A DNA stretch of 64,000 nt, taken from NCBI RefSeq assembly GCF_009914755.1, contig NC_060925.1; one strand, written 5' to 3'. Below the pieces are notes generated by a model, which worked only from the letters and a program-made list of their open reading frames with translations, did no database searches and had not been told where the DNA came from. This document shows positions 27,520 to 42,504 of the stretch, in pieces. This DNA is from the human T2T-CHM13v2.0 reference genome, Homo sapiens. Within the stretch, counting starts at the first letter, position 1. Each line of letters starts with the position of its first letter. Position numbers and translations under genes: made by a program.

Positions 27520-28400
27520 AGTTATTCAACAAATATTTATTGGATCTTCATGTGTGCCGAAGGTATAAAAATGAAGAGCAAATAGATTCAGCCCTTGAGT
27601 AGTAGTTGCTAATACATAGGTAATGGGTAGGGCCTAAGGTGGACAGACAACTGATTCATTTAAATACATGAGACAAATGCTTAAAATACGTATTTTAAAA
27701 AAGGCTACCTGAGTACCAAGCAAGGTTGACCAGGCTGACTAGCTGGGTTGAGTATTTCAGTATGATGCCATTGTCTGTGTCAGAGGCACATAGGTATTAA
27801 ATAACTTGGCATTTGGAGGAAGTATAAGTGGTTCACATTAAGGCCAGAGTATGGTACTTATGTGGGGGAAAGTAGCTGGCAAGTAAGGAGTGAGGTTGAG
27901 GAGATTATGTTTTATTCATTAAAGAGTTTTAAGCAGGCTTATGACATAGATTTTCATCTTAGATTTATCATATATATATATATAATGGGTATGTAGAATA
28001 AGAATTTCATTACTAACATCAGGAAGAGCAGTTAGTAGATTTTAATAGTAGCAAGGATCATGAGGGTCTGGGATAAACAGAGTGATGATGTTTGTGAGGC
28101 AGAATTAGTAGGAGTTGAGGACTTACGTAGAGGTAAGGGAGTAAAAGTTTCTGGTATGACCTAGGGACCGTAGGGGATGACGGATAACAATGTAGGGGGT
28201 GACTGGATGAAAATGCCATTCACTAAGAAAGGAAATACAGAGTAGAAACAGTTTAGAGTGTTCAAGATTTTAGACATGTTAGGTTTAGGATATTAGGCAG
28301 AAAGATGCAATATAATTGGAAATGAGATTCTGGAGCTACAGGTTTATAAATCGTCAGTATGTAGGAGGCAGGTTATGTCCAGCTGAAAATGTGTGATTAT
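27520..28400 (-). mobile_element. L2 fragment (old)
   Basis: Begins ATTCAACAAATATTTATTG (reverse complement of the L2 3' end); degenerate. Confidence 0.55.
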
Positions 28401-28439
28401 TGATTTAAATAACCAAGGGACTTACCATTAAAGGAAACT

Positions 28440-29620
28440 TAAACAAGAGAATCAGCAGACTTGTTTATTGATCACAGAGCAAAAGACTCATTTTGTGTAG
28501 AAACGATAAAAGTAGATAAAATAATTTCCTTATTATGCTCTTTATGTAGTGATTCACATTGCTAGCTTGATTTACTTCAAGCAAGTACTATATTAAGTAG
28601 TAGTAGGTAAACACACAGTTCTGAACCAATAATTGATGAAAGTAAATTACTGTTCTTCAGCCAAGAATTGGAAGGGATCAAAGTGTTCTCTTCAGTATCA
28701 CAAAATGCCAGAAGTAATGGAACAATTACTTCAGAGACCTAACAAAATCAAAGCAGAGGATTGTGGCTAAAAAAGGGCATACACAGCCAAATTATTGTTC
28801 ATGTATGATGGCAATAGAATTACTTTTTTTATTTTCAACGTTCAGAGACAATGTATCACATATGAGCTCTTCAAAAATTATTTGAAAATGTACTATTAAG
28901 AGTTTGGGAAAGGGACATGTTTGTACAAAATCATTGAGAAAAAGCATTGAAATGCTTTTTTTAAATGTAGAAGCAAGACTAAATACTTGTTTTGCAAGAT
29001 GGGAAATAGTACAAAATGTCAGAATAACTTAAAAAGGGTATGGTTATAAAACTTATAATCTGAGAACTGGGAATGAAGTGTTGGGGGAAAGGGAAGAGTG
29101 ATGGCATGATCAGTTCCTCAGCTAACCTCGGGTTGTGTGCCAGAAGAAGGATTTCAGTTTTACTTTGATAATGAACAAAAAGTCTGGTTAAAGGAGGCCT
29201 TTAAATAACTTGGAATCACCATTAGTGGAATTAAGATAAGAAAAGATATGTTTGTTTTCTAAATGGCTAGACAAAATCAAGCAAGCAAACATCGTCCATG
29301 TGGCAAGAGATGAAAAAAAATAGCACAGAAACATAAGAATTAAGAATATAAAAGACAAGTGTCAACAAAACAATTTGTATACAGTATATTAAATTTCCCT
29401 TTAAAAGGACTCAGATTAAAGAGAGATCCTCAACTATGTGCTGCTTTCAAAAGATATTCTTAGAACGAATCAACCTAGAAAGGTTAAAAATAAAAAGGTA
29501 GCCAAGATTTATAAGGAAAATACATCAGAAAACACAGAGGAGTAGCAATATAAATTTTAAAGTAGAGTTTAATGAAGAAAATCACTAAATAAGAGAAAGA
29601 ACAACTTTATAAATCGACTC
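28440..29620 (+). mobile_element. Ancient L1M fragment (ORF1/ORF2 region)
   Basis: A-rich; CAACTATGTGCTGCTTTCAAAAGA...AAAGGTTAAAAATAAAAAGG resembles the start of the L1M ORF2 endonuclease. Confidence 0.5.
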
Positions 29621-30065
29621 AAGCCCTAATAACTAATAGACTAATGACTATGGAAGAATTAAAGTAATATGAGCTGCCTTCCCACTTAGACTTATAGTCC
29701 TGTTTTTAACGTTTTTTACTTTTAAATCGAAATGAATAGGAATCTTTCAGTTCATGCTCTTGAGTTACTATATTAATATCAAAGCCTGCAAAAATTTGGC
29801 CCAAAGGATGATATGTTGGTCGAATATTGACCAGACTGTGTTCAACAGATTACCAGACTTTTCCAAGATAATAGAAATTCTGTAGGAGAATTTTGTGGCT
29901 AGACAAGTTTGGAAAAATCTGCATCGGGTACTCTTTTGGGGTTTACAGTGCACTTTAGTGTAATTGGATCCCTGAGAAGTCTTATAGCTAAGAAACCAAC
30001 TTGACTTTATTTTGCCCAGTATTTTGCAGATTCATTTGTTCATGGACCCTCTCCCTGCCATTTTT

Positions 30066-30092
30066 TGTTGTTGTTGTTGTTGTTGTTGTTGT
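30066..30092. repeat. (TTG)n microsatellite
   Basis: About nine uninterrupted TTG/GTT units. Confidence 0.92.
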
Positions 30093-31176
30093 CATGGAAT
30101 ACAGATTAACAACTCCTGGAATTCTAGTGTTTTAAAGAGCAGAGTTTGAAGAGCACTTATGGTTGTAGATACACAAAGCTTCAATAAAATTAAAACTAAT
30201 GGTACAGTTAAAGAGTCATCAGTCATGACCGATAAAGGTTTATCTGAGCATATAAAGATAATATAATGGAAGAGATCTAGCTATTTGATTCATTATCTCA
30301 TTTGGTTCAGTAAGAAAATTTGTGAGATAAGCTTAGTAGAATAGAAAAGCATTTGATACCATTTGATACCCCCCCCCTTTTTTTTTTAAGGAAAAGCCTC
30401 TTAGAAAATTGAGACTGTCATTTGATATGGGATATGGTCAATATAAAAACATACTGTAATTTCATATGTTTGTCCTTATTTCTTCTCAACTGCTATAATT
30501 TAAACTCATTGAGTATAGGAAATATATTAATCTTTACATTTTCTGTTGCCAATTCTAATATAAGGCCTTGCATTTTTAGGCATTCTATATACTATAGTGA
30601 TTTCTTAAATGAAAACATTATTTGGAAACCTATCCTCATGTAGTTTTCAAGTTACAGTGGATTTTAGGAAATTTGTGTGTTGTGTGTGTAAAACATTTTT
30701 TAAAAATGTAGAACATGCATGGCTTTTCAAAACTTAAATAGACATTCTTCATTATGGGCCTTTATGTTTGCTTTATTTTTTTATCCAGTAAGCCCTGAAT
30801 TCTTAAGATGAATTTAAATTTGGTCTAACAGTTAAGTGACAGAGAATTCATACAGATTCTTGAACAGTAAGGTGGTATAATACTCTAAAAAAAGGATTAT
30901 TTTTGGTGTACAGCAAGATGCATGAGGATGGCTCCAACAGAATAGAAGTGTTCATGTAGGAAAATCAAGGGACTTTAGGACCTGAGGCTGGGACAGACTC
31001 TCCAGGATGTGGTTGGATTTTGGGCTAAACAGTCTTTCTGTGGTCTTGAGGACTGCCTTTATAGTCTGTGAAACCCTATCCTTCAATTGTGGCTTTACAG
31101 AGTTTAAGAAAATTTTGTTCGTATGCAGATTTCTGCAGTCTTCCTGTTGCCAGGAAGAACCTACAGTTACACAGGA

Positions 31177-31220
31177 GTGTGTGTGTGTGTGTATGTATGT
31201 GTGTGTGTGTGTATGTGTGC
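31177..31220. repeat. (TG)n microsatellite
   Basis: Interrupted TG run. Confidence 0.92.
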
Positions 31221-34200
31221 AGACACGTGTGTGTAAACACACAAAGTAGACTGAACTTAAACCTGATTTATAGGAGTCAGGAAACCTGAGTTTCTTTGCT
31301 TTCTCCTTGTGTAATTTTGGTTAAGTTGTGTAACTTCTTTCTTTGGAGTTTCTTGTCTGTAATCTGGAAATTATTTCCCACTCACTCCACTGTGATGTTT
31401 TGAGAAGATATCTGTGGAAACTTTTTGAAAAGTACAAAATGATAAGTGTAAAATGTCAATAAAGCATATTGATGCTTATTTTGCTAGAAGAGTACATATA
31501 AACATAAAATTTAGAAACCTTAAAAATCACGGCCAGAGAGAATCATGATTTCTACACCTCCCTTTTTTTTTTTGGTGGGGGGGTGCTTCCAGTTAAAAGT
31601 AAGCATTCAGTTTGTACTAATATTTAAAAGCCTTTGCATCATAGAGAAAATTAATCAATAACGAAGTATCATAATTTAGAATCATTATTGTTACTAACAT
31701 TTTATTCCTTATTCTAAAGTAATTTATTCAGGATGTGTGCTGAGACCTGTTGTTTTAACTGTATAGCTAGATGAAAATATGAGAGAAGAGGTTTGGATGA
31801 GGTTTCTTTCCTTTGTAACAGTTTGCTTGAGGAATGGGCAGGCTTTTCCTCACTTGACAGATGGTATAGGAAGGGCATTGAGAAGCTTGCATTTGCTTGG
31901 TGGTGATAGAGACAGGGCTAGAATTCATAATTTTTGTTGTTGTTATTTAACACATTTTCCCCCTTTGGGTACAACATTTTCTTGCTGATAATTTTGACCT
32001 TGTACTAATTTTTGATAATTATCATAATCTTTTAGGGAGGTAGTCCAATGATGTGTTGCTTTTGCTTGTGGAAGAATTGCAATGAGAACACACATGGAGT
32101 ATTTTCAGTAAGAGGACATTTAATTTTTACTTTGAGAAAACAAATTCACAGCCTTATTAAATAAATTATGTTCATATAGTCATTTACTAAAAATAAAAGT
32201 GTGAATAAGTAATGGGCTTATAGCTCACACATTTTTTAATGTTGATTTCTAATAGGAAAAACTGTCTATAAAATGCTTTATAAAATGATGCCTTAAATAT
32301 ACATTCATAATATGATTGACTTATTTTCTAGTGTAAGAGAGATATCTATGTGGAAAAGGTCAAAATAGGACAAGTTATCAAACCAAGAAGGTCACCCATT
32401 TTCTATAGTTTTCCTATTAACTTTAAACACATGATAATCACCATGCTACTTTGATGAGATAACTAATTATAAATTGGACTCTTAGACCATAGTATCATCT
32501 TTAAATAGTTCAGAAAAACAGCAACAACAAATCCAGCAAACTAAGCATTATCTTAGTTTTTTTTGTTAGGTCAACCATATACTTGACATGTAACTCTAAG
32601 CAGATAAAAACTTCTTGGTGTTTTTGATTTCAAATTAATTGATCATTGACTTCTTTTCAATAGTGCCCTCTTCCATGAAGATTCTTCAGTAAGGGTGTCT
32701 TAGGAGTTAATCATGCATTACTAGTGAGGCTCTGCTCTGGGAGGTAACTAATGCATAGCATCCCAAAGTTCCTGTCAGTAAACTCTCAATGTATACAGCA
32801 TGACTTGATTATTTATTTCACAAGACGTTAGAATTGAGTGAACTTTTGAGACTGGGTATCTATCATGGAATCTAACACCTTCACTTAGTATTTGAAGTAA
32901 CTAAGACTCAGAGATTGATTACACATTACACAGAAAGTTATTGGTAAAGTGGGTTAAGACTTTTATCCTCTGTATCATATTCCAGTGCTTTTCCCCCCAT
33001 GTTATTTATGTTTGTGAGAATCTCCTCAATAACAATGATAAGATTACTGAAATAAATAAACAACAACAAAAATACAAACTTCTAAACTTGTAATGTTGTA
33101 TGACTTTTAGATTTCATGTAGTGCCATTACTGAAGAAATGATTATTTGAAAAATTTCACTGGATGATGGACTAATCTATGAACCCAATTTAAAATGTGTT
33201 TTGTTAACATTTGACAGAGTAAAGCAAATCATTTCTTTAAAAATGACATGTGAGGGTAAGTGGTTGAATTGAAGGAGAAACTTCATTAAACTTTGTCAGT
33301 TAATGAAATGATTTCATTTGTTAGGATTCTGTTTTTTCTTGTTTTAATAGAAAAAAGTGATATATATATATAATTTTAAAATGGCTTTATATACTTGATA
33401 TGTTCAAATATGCGTAGATATTTTCAGGTTTACCTCTGTTGATGGAAATAAAGAGTGAAATAATAAAAAAGGTAGGCAACAGGTAGAAGTGAATAGCAGG
33501 GCATCAGAATAATCATCTTCTCAATAGTTGGCTGTAATGAATATTTTTTACTTCAAGATGGTAAATCCAAGAAGAATTAGAGATGTGGATAATGATGGTC
33601 AGCTTTCAGTTAGAAAGGTGTTCTTGCACATACATTAATAATGTTTTCACCATTCTTAATTTGTCTCTTTCATTTAGATCATATATTAAATATTAAGTAG
33701 GTCGACCTATTTTGGCTTCTGTGTCTAAATGGACAAGGGTGTTTTAATCTCTTAGGCCTTGAACTGGAGAGAGGGAGAATGGATGTGAATAAAAGTGTGT
33801 GTATGTGTGTGCGCATGTGAGAGAGAGAGATAGAGCTTTCCTGTTACAGCCCAAAACCATGATTATGGTTCACAACCTGGGGTTGGTTTTCTGGTTTGTA
33901 TTCTTGCTGCCAGGCCTGTGGCCATTGATTTCTACATGTATGAAAAGTAATTAATCTGGAAAAAAATGCAGGGATTTTGGAATTATTTTTTGGAAACATT
34001 ACTTATGTATTCTGGATTTTAGAAACTGTTACTTTCAAACTCTTTGTTCTTTGTTTTATTACGTGCTAACCATCTACTTATAATTTTTACATACTTTAAT
34101 GGCTCAGTAAAATATAGTACAACTGATTACAGTTATTTGTTGTACTCTGAGAAGGCTTATTATGGGAAAAAAAACTGTGTTGGATATAATGGGAGATTCA

Positions 34201-36060
34201 GAGGAATCTACTACAGACTTTGTTGTTATGGACTTCATAATCCCGATTGATAGTAGTCATTAACAATATAAGAAAGGCCCTTAGTGCCACTAGAGTATAC
34301 CATAGTATAGGCCTTCTACAGGAAGGGGATGTCTCCTTTGGTTTGAATGAGAACTCATGGAAGCATAGGGATTTGTGCTTGGCTTTGAGAGGAGGCCATT
34401 GTGGTAGGTGAAATTATAATAGGATTTCTGAAACTCAAAAATGGGCCAGTTTGGCAGAAATAAGTGGGGCATGAGGTTCTGATTCATTCTCTTTATAGCT
34501 GCCAAAATGGTGGTATTTGTGAAATGAAAAATCAACCCTATAACTCCCATCTGGAAAACCCGTCTTTAGAGGTTACATTGGTAGCCTGAAACTTCAGATT
34601 TTTCTTGATTTTTCATGTGGCGATGTCTCTGGAAGATGTTTCGGAATACTACTACTTCCACTAGGCCATGAGCTCTTTAATGGAACCATTCTGAGTACCT
34701 GCCTGGTTCAAAGGAGGAGTTTAGTAAATTTCCGTTGAATAGATAGGGGCCTGTAATTCCAGGCTAAGGAATTTATTGTAAAGATTGTGAAGAATCATCA
34801 GAAATGTTTTTTTAAAAAAGAATGATACAGTGAAAGATACAATGAAGGAGGTATTCTAGGATGATTTAATTGCAGCCAATTGAGTATTATGCATGCTGAC
34901 CCTCTAAATATTATACTTTGAAATGTTTCTGACTTATAGTAAATAAACATTTTAGTTAATAATGTCCTAAACATGTGTGTTAGTCAGTTGATACAACAAA
35001 TGTTCAAATTTCTGCTGCTTTTTTTTTGGACTCTAAATTAGCATTTAGAGGCAGCTTTTTACCAATGTTTTTTAAGTTTATCAAGATGAAACAGGGTTAA
35101 GCAGGCATTATATTTTCATTCATTCAGCAAATATTTGCATGCCTGCTATGTGCCTATGGTGTTCTGAGCACTGGAAACACAGTGGTGATAAATATAGCAT
35201 GTGACTCGAGACGTTTTTAATGGTCTAATGTCATTCATAATTCTGAAGTGGTTCAAGAAACAGGTGAAGAAAATGTAAAAACAATTTTTTTTCTTTCCTT
35301 TATTCCGTTTTATCCTAACAAATATTGTAAGTGGATATCTTGGAATGTAGGTGCCTACCCTGGGCTTACTTGAACATTATGTATGTTGGTGGTATCTGGT
35401 CCATTTAATAGTTGGATGTTTACTTAACAACAGCTTTCTTTAAAATGATTTTATAATGAGATTTGTACATGCCAGATTTTAGAATTTTTGAAGAATGTTT
35501 TGTTATTACTGCTGTATAGTGTGAAAATAGTAATTTTTCACACCATATTAGCTACCCTCGTAGTATGCAAGGATTTGACTTTATTCACTGGGCAATTTTC
35601 ACAAATGACAAACACATTATAAATAAATGTATGGAATGTTTCACCTATTCAGACACAAGAATCCTTTATAACAATTGGTTTATGACTCAGTGCGATTTTT
35701 CTTGAAGGGGTAGATTTACAGTTCTAAATATTATCTCTTCAGTTGATTAGCTTAACTTCCTGTCGATCTGTTTGACAGACAAATTTTACATGGCTATTGT
35801 TGGAAAATGTAGAATATATTTTTAATTTTAAATAGTCAAACTGCTTACATATTCATATAACTTTCATTTTTCTAGATCATTCAAAGATCTAGGGGATTTA
35901 TGACTGATGTTTGATTTAATAATTCTTAAATGAAATTGATTTGTGTTTAAGGCATGTTTACCAACATCAAAACACACATGCACACAATGCAACAACCATG
36001 GCAACAACAGTAACAGCAAGATTACCCTTACTTCCATTAATGAAATCACAATATATATAT

Positions 36061-36348
36061 TTTTAAGATGGGATCTTGCTGTGTTGCCCAGGCTGGAGTG
36101 CAGTGGTGCCATCATGACTCACTGCGGCTTCGAACTCCAGGGCTGAAGTGGTCCTCTTGCTTCGGCCTCCCAAGTAGCTGGGACCAAAGTTGCACACCAC
36201 TATGCCTGGCTAATTGAAATTTATTTATTTATTTATTTATTTATTTAGCTAGTTAGTTAGTTAGTTAGTAGAGACAAGGTCTCGCTATGTTGCCCAGGCT
36301 GCTGTTGCACTTCTGGCTTCAAGTCATTTTCTTCCCTTGGGATCCCCA
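36061..36348 (-). mobile_element. AluJ with (TTTA)n/(TTAG)n-expanded linker
   Basis: Reverse-complement Alu; microsatellite at 36221-36268. Confidence 0.88.
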
Positions 36349-37809
36349 ACAAAATATTTTTAACCAAAATAGAAAGATAGTGGTGATTTTGGGAGTCTTG
36401 TGGCAAGACAGTTTTGAAAGGTACTAGGAAAACTTACAGTAAAAACAGTGTCTTACTGTTGTTTTTAGTATACAAGCAAGCATCGAATATAGACACTGGA
36501 CACATTATTATAGATATCTGCTTTTCCTTTCTGAGGCACTTCTTTTACATAGTAGTACATGCTGTCTATTTTTTTTTTTTTTTTTTTTTTTGGTCAGAAG
36601 AGAGGCTTTTTGCTTAGTGATTCTGTGTTTGAACTTTGTTCTTCATAAATAGTGTCCATCAGTTGAGATAAGCCAGATTTTCTGGCAGATATTTGCGTTT
36701 TTAAAGAAGTGTTTTCAATGATTGGCGTCTTCTTTTGTGTGTTGTCCAAATTTGTGAAATTGCGTAAGAAATATATATATATTTTTAACTTTATATTCCT
36801 CTAGCAGGGAGCAAGTGAATTATCTCATGTCTAAAAATGCCTCAGTAGAGCTTTATTGGTAGATCTATGAAAGTCTTACTCTGACTTGTAGAACTAGATA
36901 TCTAATTTAAGTTACAGTGTTCTAATATTTTAAAAATTAGAAATTTGTAAGAAACACCTTATTTTGACATATTGAAAGTTGCCAGCCACCTCTGACCATC
37001 CATGAAATGTAAGCTTTATAATGAGTGTGAGGACCAAACAGTACCTCCCATCTATAGGTAGTGCTGCCTGGAATGTCCTCTCTGCCCCATTTTCTCTTCT
37101 CTTGATTTTATTAAAATTGGGGCAAGGAGTGCTGAGTACCAGGATGGCAAGGAGTACTGAGAACTATGATTTTATTAAAATTGACAGAAGAGGAAATGGG
37201 GCAGAGAAGGCATTATTTGTTCAGTTTGATTGGTGATTGGTTGCTGGTTGTCTTCCAGATTAGTTGTCATTTTTATTTCAGTTTCATCAGGCTGTACCAG
37301 TAGGCACGTTCTGAAATATTAAAAGTGAAAATGAAAATCTATAAATCATCTTTTTTTGCTAAAACTCATACACATAGTCTTGGATCTAGAAGATAATCTT
37401 ATCTCGAAGGAGCTATGCTGCAGCCCTTGACTAGCTGGAAGATTTATGTTAGCAGATCACCTTTCTAATGGTCATGTTACTTAACTTATGGCAAATATGT
37501 TTAGAACAGTAAAATGATCAACAGAAATTATTTTTACTTGTGAAAGGATGTATTTGAAATTATTTCTTTAGCTACTGAAATATTTCTGCTTACTTATTTT
37601 CTGTTTAGCAATGAATTCAAGTGATGTTAAGGCATATCGGTTGTATGTGATGTATGGCAAACTATAATATTGAAACCATTAAATATTTAGATTTATTAAA
37701 CTTCCCTTTACCTTTAGAATTTCCTTTAAAAGTTTCAAAGGCCAGGATATTGTGTAAAGAGCAAAAGAGCAAGTTTTTGTTTTGTTTTGTTTTGTTTTGT
37801 ATTGTTATT

Positions 37810-39640
37810 TGCCAGTTATCATACAGGCTGGCAAGGAATGCTGAGACCTACTTTGCAGTTCTTTGACCTACTGGATTGCCTACATAACTAGCTACAGAAG
37901 TAGCTCAAAGATACAGGATGGCTGGTGCATTTGTTGTTTGGCATACTTGGTAAGGATGTACAAGGATGTGTGGGCCCCATGACAGACAGTCTTTCCTGAC
38001 AGTCCAACCTTTGCCCATACACATTCTTGGTTGAACTCAAATTTTCATATGAGTATACCACCCCATCAGCAATTCAGATTAGATATGCTGTCAGGTGCTG
38101 AGGAAAAATTCATCCAGTTTATCTCATACAACACTTGATGAGGACAATTATCAACAGAATGAGGCCAACCTGCAGTATTCACCTCAACCATGTACCCTAG
38201 GATTCTGGACTCAACAAATTAAGTAAAGTCCCAGACAGTACTAGTAGATATTATTTCAGATAATCATTTAGCTCCCTTCCTTATGGGAAGTATGGATTGT
38301 TCCATCTGAGCAGTGGTATTAATTCATACATATCTTGGTCAGCCAGCATGTAGTTTAGGCCAGTATGTTATGCATTATGACTTGTACAAAGGAATTTTAA
38401 GCTGACCTGCTGATATTCCAGAGTTTGCACAGCCCCATTGCCTGTGGTAACTAAAGTTAAGGATAGATTTCTGACCATTTGCTCTGTGGCATGAATTCCA
38501 CTGTCAGGGAAAAGTACTTGCACTGCTATGTGGAATGAGAAGCCTGCATGTCCTCTGGGTAGTTTAGCCTAGATGAGGCACATGTTGTCTTCAATATCTA
38601 AACAGTCCAATTATGTGCCAGGCTTCCCTTTTGGTAGGTGGGGACTGCAGGGTAAGTAATTTTTCCTTTATTGTCTCAGGGCAGTCAGCATTGCTCCTGA
38701 GAATTTGACTCCGATGGCTAGTCCCTATATCTCATCAGGATTAATGAACCACCCCTGGGCCCTCATGTGAGTCAGCATCTCTTCCAAAGCCATTGCCAAG
38801 GGAGAAAGGCTTGTTCCACATCTCAGCATTGATGCAAACAGCAGGAGAATTCAGATACTCCCGTGGCTGCTCAGTAAATCTGTTTTGGAACCTGGAGATA
38901 AACTGATCTTAATTTTCTGGTACCCAAGGGATTGAGAAAGAGACAGTAGCAATATCCAAGATGGCATACCAGGTGTCATTAGTTTGTGCAGTTGATTCAG
39001 TCATGGTCACAATGTCTGGAACACCCAGAGCAACAGGGACAACAACTGAATTCAGTTGGTGAGAATCCACTGTAGGCTGCCAGCTCTCGTTAGTGTCAGT
39101 ATCTAAAAGAACCATACAAGTTTGGATTGCCCACCTTGACCTTTCTTCCTGAAGTCTTTCCCGTGGGTAGAAAGACTTTGGCTGCATCTCTGGTCCCTTT
39201 ATCTTTAAAGGATAGCAAATTAGGGTACAAAGGTACAAGGTTATGTAATGGAGGCAATGAAGGAGTAATTTATTCTAAGGTTGCCACTCAGCTTCTTAGT
39301 TCCGCTAGTAGAGGGGGATTGATTTCCATGGAGGAATCTGGCTCTATAGAGGCACTTCTGGTTTTAATCAGACTGCTTTGCTTTCAACCAGCTACCTGCT
39401 TCAGGGCTCCCATAGCACAATTTCTGGTGCCAATTTTTTGGGTGCTGATCCCATCTGTGTTTGCTTAGGGAATCCTTGTTTTAATAGTCATAGTGACATT
39501 GCCTTTTGGCTTTCCAAAAAGTCGTTGTCTATCTCAGCACACTGCTCGCTCTACCTTTTTTTGTTGTTGTTTTGTTTAGGTGAGAACCTGGATTTCATAG
39601 AGAATGCAAGGGGTAACACAGTTTTAGAGGAAATGACTAA
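37810..39640 (-). mobile_element. ERV-L (class III) internal relic including a reverse transcriptase segment
   Basis: ORF 38909..39238 contains SWQPTVDSHQLNSVVVPVALGVPDIV...TWYAILDIATVSFSIP, homologous to ERV-L RT (SWRMTVDYRKLNQVVTPIAAAVPDVV...TWYAAIDLANAFFSIP). Boundaries approximate. Confidence 0.7.
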
Positions 39641-42504
39641 GTAAGCTGATTAGCTTACCACAACTTCATAGGTGATAAAAGTAGATAAGACTTAGTGATG
39701 AAAGCAAGGCAGTTTTTTAAAGCACAGCAAACAGCAGGAGTATCAGCATAGTAGTACCAGTTTTCTTGCCTATAAGTTCAGTGGAGAGAAGTGATGGCCC
39801 TTCATGGTGGTTATGCTTGCATGAGTTGTGTGGCAGCTGAGGAGCCCAGAACTAAGGGCTCAGTACTTTTTGTAGCAGCTAGCAGGGAAGCCTGACACCA
39901 TTGGCAGGGAGTAAGCAGTTGTACTGAAGTCCCTGTAGTTACTTTGACCCGTGCCACTAGCTACATAGAAAGGGCTCAGGGACAGAAGATACTTAGACCT
40001 TGTAGTTTTGTCTGCTTCTTGAGGCTGTGCTGCAAACACTTGGCTCTCCTGATATATTATTATCAATATGAAACACCTAAAATATTATAAGAATAGGTAT
40101 TTTTCAAATAATGTGCATGAAATAGTATAGTAATACTATATCTGAGTTCTGCTTTCAGAGTTAATAAAACACTTGTATAATTTATGTCGCGAAGTCATCC
40201 TACTTGGTGAAGTAGGCCAGGAAAGTTGATCATCTCCATTTTGCAGAAAAGAAAACTGATGCTCACAGAGGGTAAGTGGCACGTGGCAGATTATATGTGA
40301 AAGTTGTGCAACCAGGCATTGAACCTCATCTGTTTTCTTTTACTATCCTAAATCAAGTGCGCTTGAATGAGTAGAAAGTGATGATTTGTAGGTTATGGAT
40401 AATATTTACATATCTGAATATTTCAATAAAATTGTTACTCTCTTGAAACTTCAAAATCCTAAGTTAACAGTTTGCCTAGGAAATACATTGGTGTTAAAAT
40501 TTAGTTCAGTTTATGTGTGGCATGTTACGTATTTTGAATATAAGTCTGAATTAAGATTTTACTGGTATTAGTGTCATATAGGAAAAGAAAGTGGAAAAGA
40601 ATGCTATTTGAAAGGATTTTTTAAAAACGTTGTTATTTTTGTTTAATTTTCATGTCGTAAGTCCCTAGTTGTATGAACTGACATCTTACAATTAGATAAG
40701 TTATATTTAAAGCACAATTGAGAGAAAAAGTTCATATTTATTTGCATCTTTCGAGTTAAAAGAACTAAAGATTCGTTCTAACTCTGAGTGGTATGAACAG
40801 TAAGCAGTAGGATACTACTAAGTAGAAGATCATAGTAGTCAGGCTAGTGTTAGGTCAGACTTTCCATTATTAATCCTTCTTTTGGTATATATAACTTTTG
40901 GTTGAAAATTCTAAGGAACAATTTGTATACAAATTTTCGGCCTGGGTTGAACAAATATGTCATGACCCACTTACAGGCCTCATTAAACATTTGGATTAAT
41001 GTTAAGGGCTTTTAAGATGAAGGCAAATTTTATGTTTTAGAATATGTTTTCAAAGTATTTGTTCTTTTGGGACAAACAGCTTAAAGTTATTTTATTCATT
41101 CCTTCTGGGGCTGCTTTATTTTTAGTATTAAACTCAGAATAGCTACCAAGCTCAAGTGATAAACTTTAAAAACCTATAAATTGTAATCATTATGAATCAA
41201 AACAGCATTTAATCGCAAGAAGCTGTTGGATGTGAATAAAGAATTTGTGTATTAATTGATTAAAAAGTTAAACTTATCTCCAGGTTTCAATGATATTTTT
41301 AAAAAGAGAGGAGGGTCATTATTTTGTGGCTACTTAATTATTTAATTTGTATTGCCATATAGGCAAATGTTAAGAATGCAACATCTTGAATAATTCTTTC
41401 CTATACTTTGAGTAATTTTATTTTGAAAAATGCTTGCATTTTATTTGAAACACATGAAACAGAAGTATTTTAATGAAAATATTACTGCCACATTAAGTTT
41501 TCTGTTCTTGAAGATGTATAAAAATTACCCCATTTTATCTCCCTAACACTATCAGAGTTGCCATCAAAATCCGCTATGAAAACTTATCATTTAGTATATA
41601 TTAAAGCATTCATCTGGGAACATGTTGTCAGCTTTCAGTCAGTTGCAACAAACAACAGACTTTTAGAGACTCCTCTAAATTTCAGCGTGCCTCCGTCTTC
41701 TTAAATCTATACCCCTGATATTTTCTCACACAACAAGTAAACCAACCTAAACTGGCAGAGAGGTGGAATTTTTATGCCAGTATTTTTCTTTAATGCTTTT
41801 GGATGACTTAAGCTTTAATAAAATGCATATTTATTAAGAGTATACTGTTTTATGGACTTCTAGAATAAAAATACAGTTTTACTAAATAAAATTGAACAGA
41901 ATTAATCAGATATTATAGAGAAGACATGCTTCTCTGTGTATTTAGAGGATACTCTCTAAAGTCCCTTGTAACTCTGAATTTTAAAATCTGTGACTCATTC
42001 TGGTCCTAGATCATTTTTTTGCATTCTTATAAATGCAAATGTATCTGTAATTAAGTAATTGTTAATGGAATTACAAATTGAGAAATTTAGTAACTTTTCC
42101 TAGGAATGGTTTGTTTCTTTTTTATTTCTACCGTTATTAGGAGAGTGGCCCTGAAAGAGAAGGATGATAATTTTTTTTGTTTTATTTCCAACATATGGAA
42201 TTTGTTATAATCTTCTTAGAATCTTGGCTTTTCTAGACTAGTAGAAGGATTTTGCTATGCTTCCTATTAGATAAATAGTAAAGAGGTGGTCATGAGTTTT
42301 ATATAGTACTTTGTTTAGTGCATTTGCTTTTATTTCATACTTTGATGTATTCATATCATTTATAGATTTTTTAGAGTGTTTTGAAACAAGTAGTAACATC
42401 AACACTTAAGTTTACAAAATATTTTTTTTCTAACTCAGTAGATCAAACAGGGAAACTAACACATCAAGGGGTCCTAGGCCTTTAATCCCGCTGGGTCCTG
42501 GCAG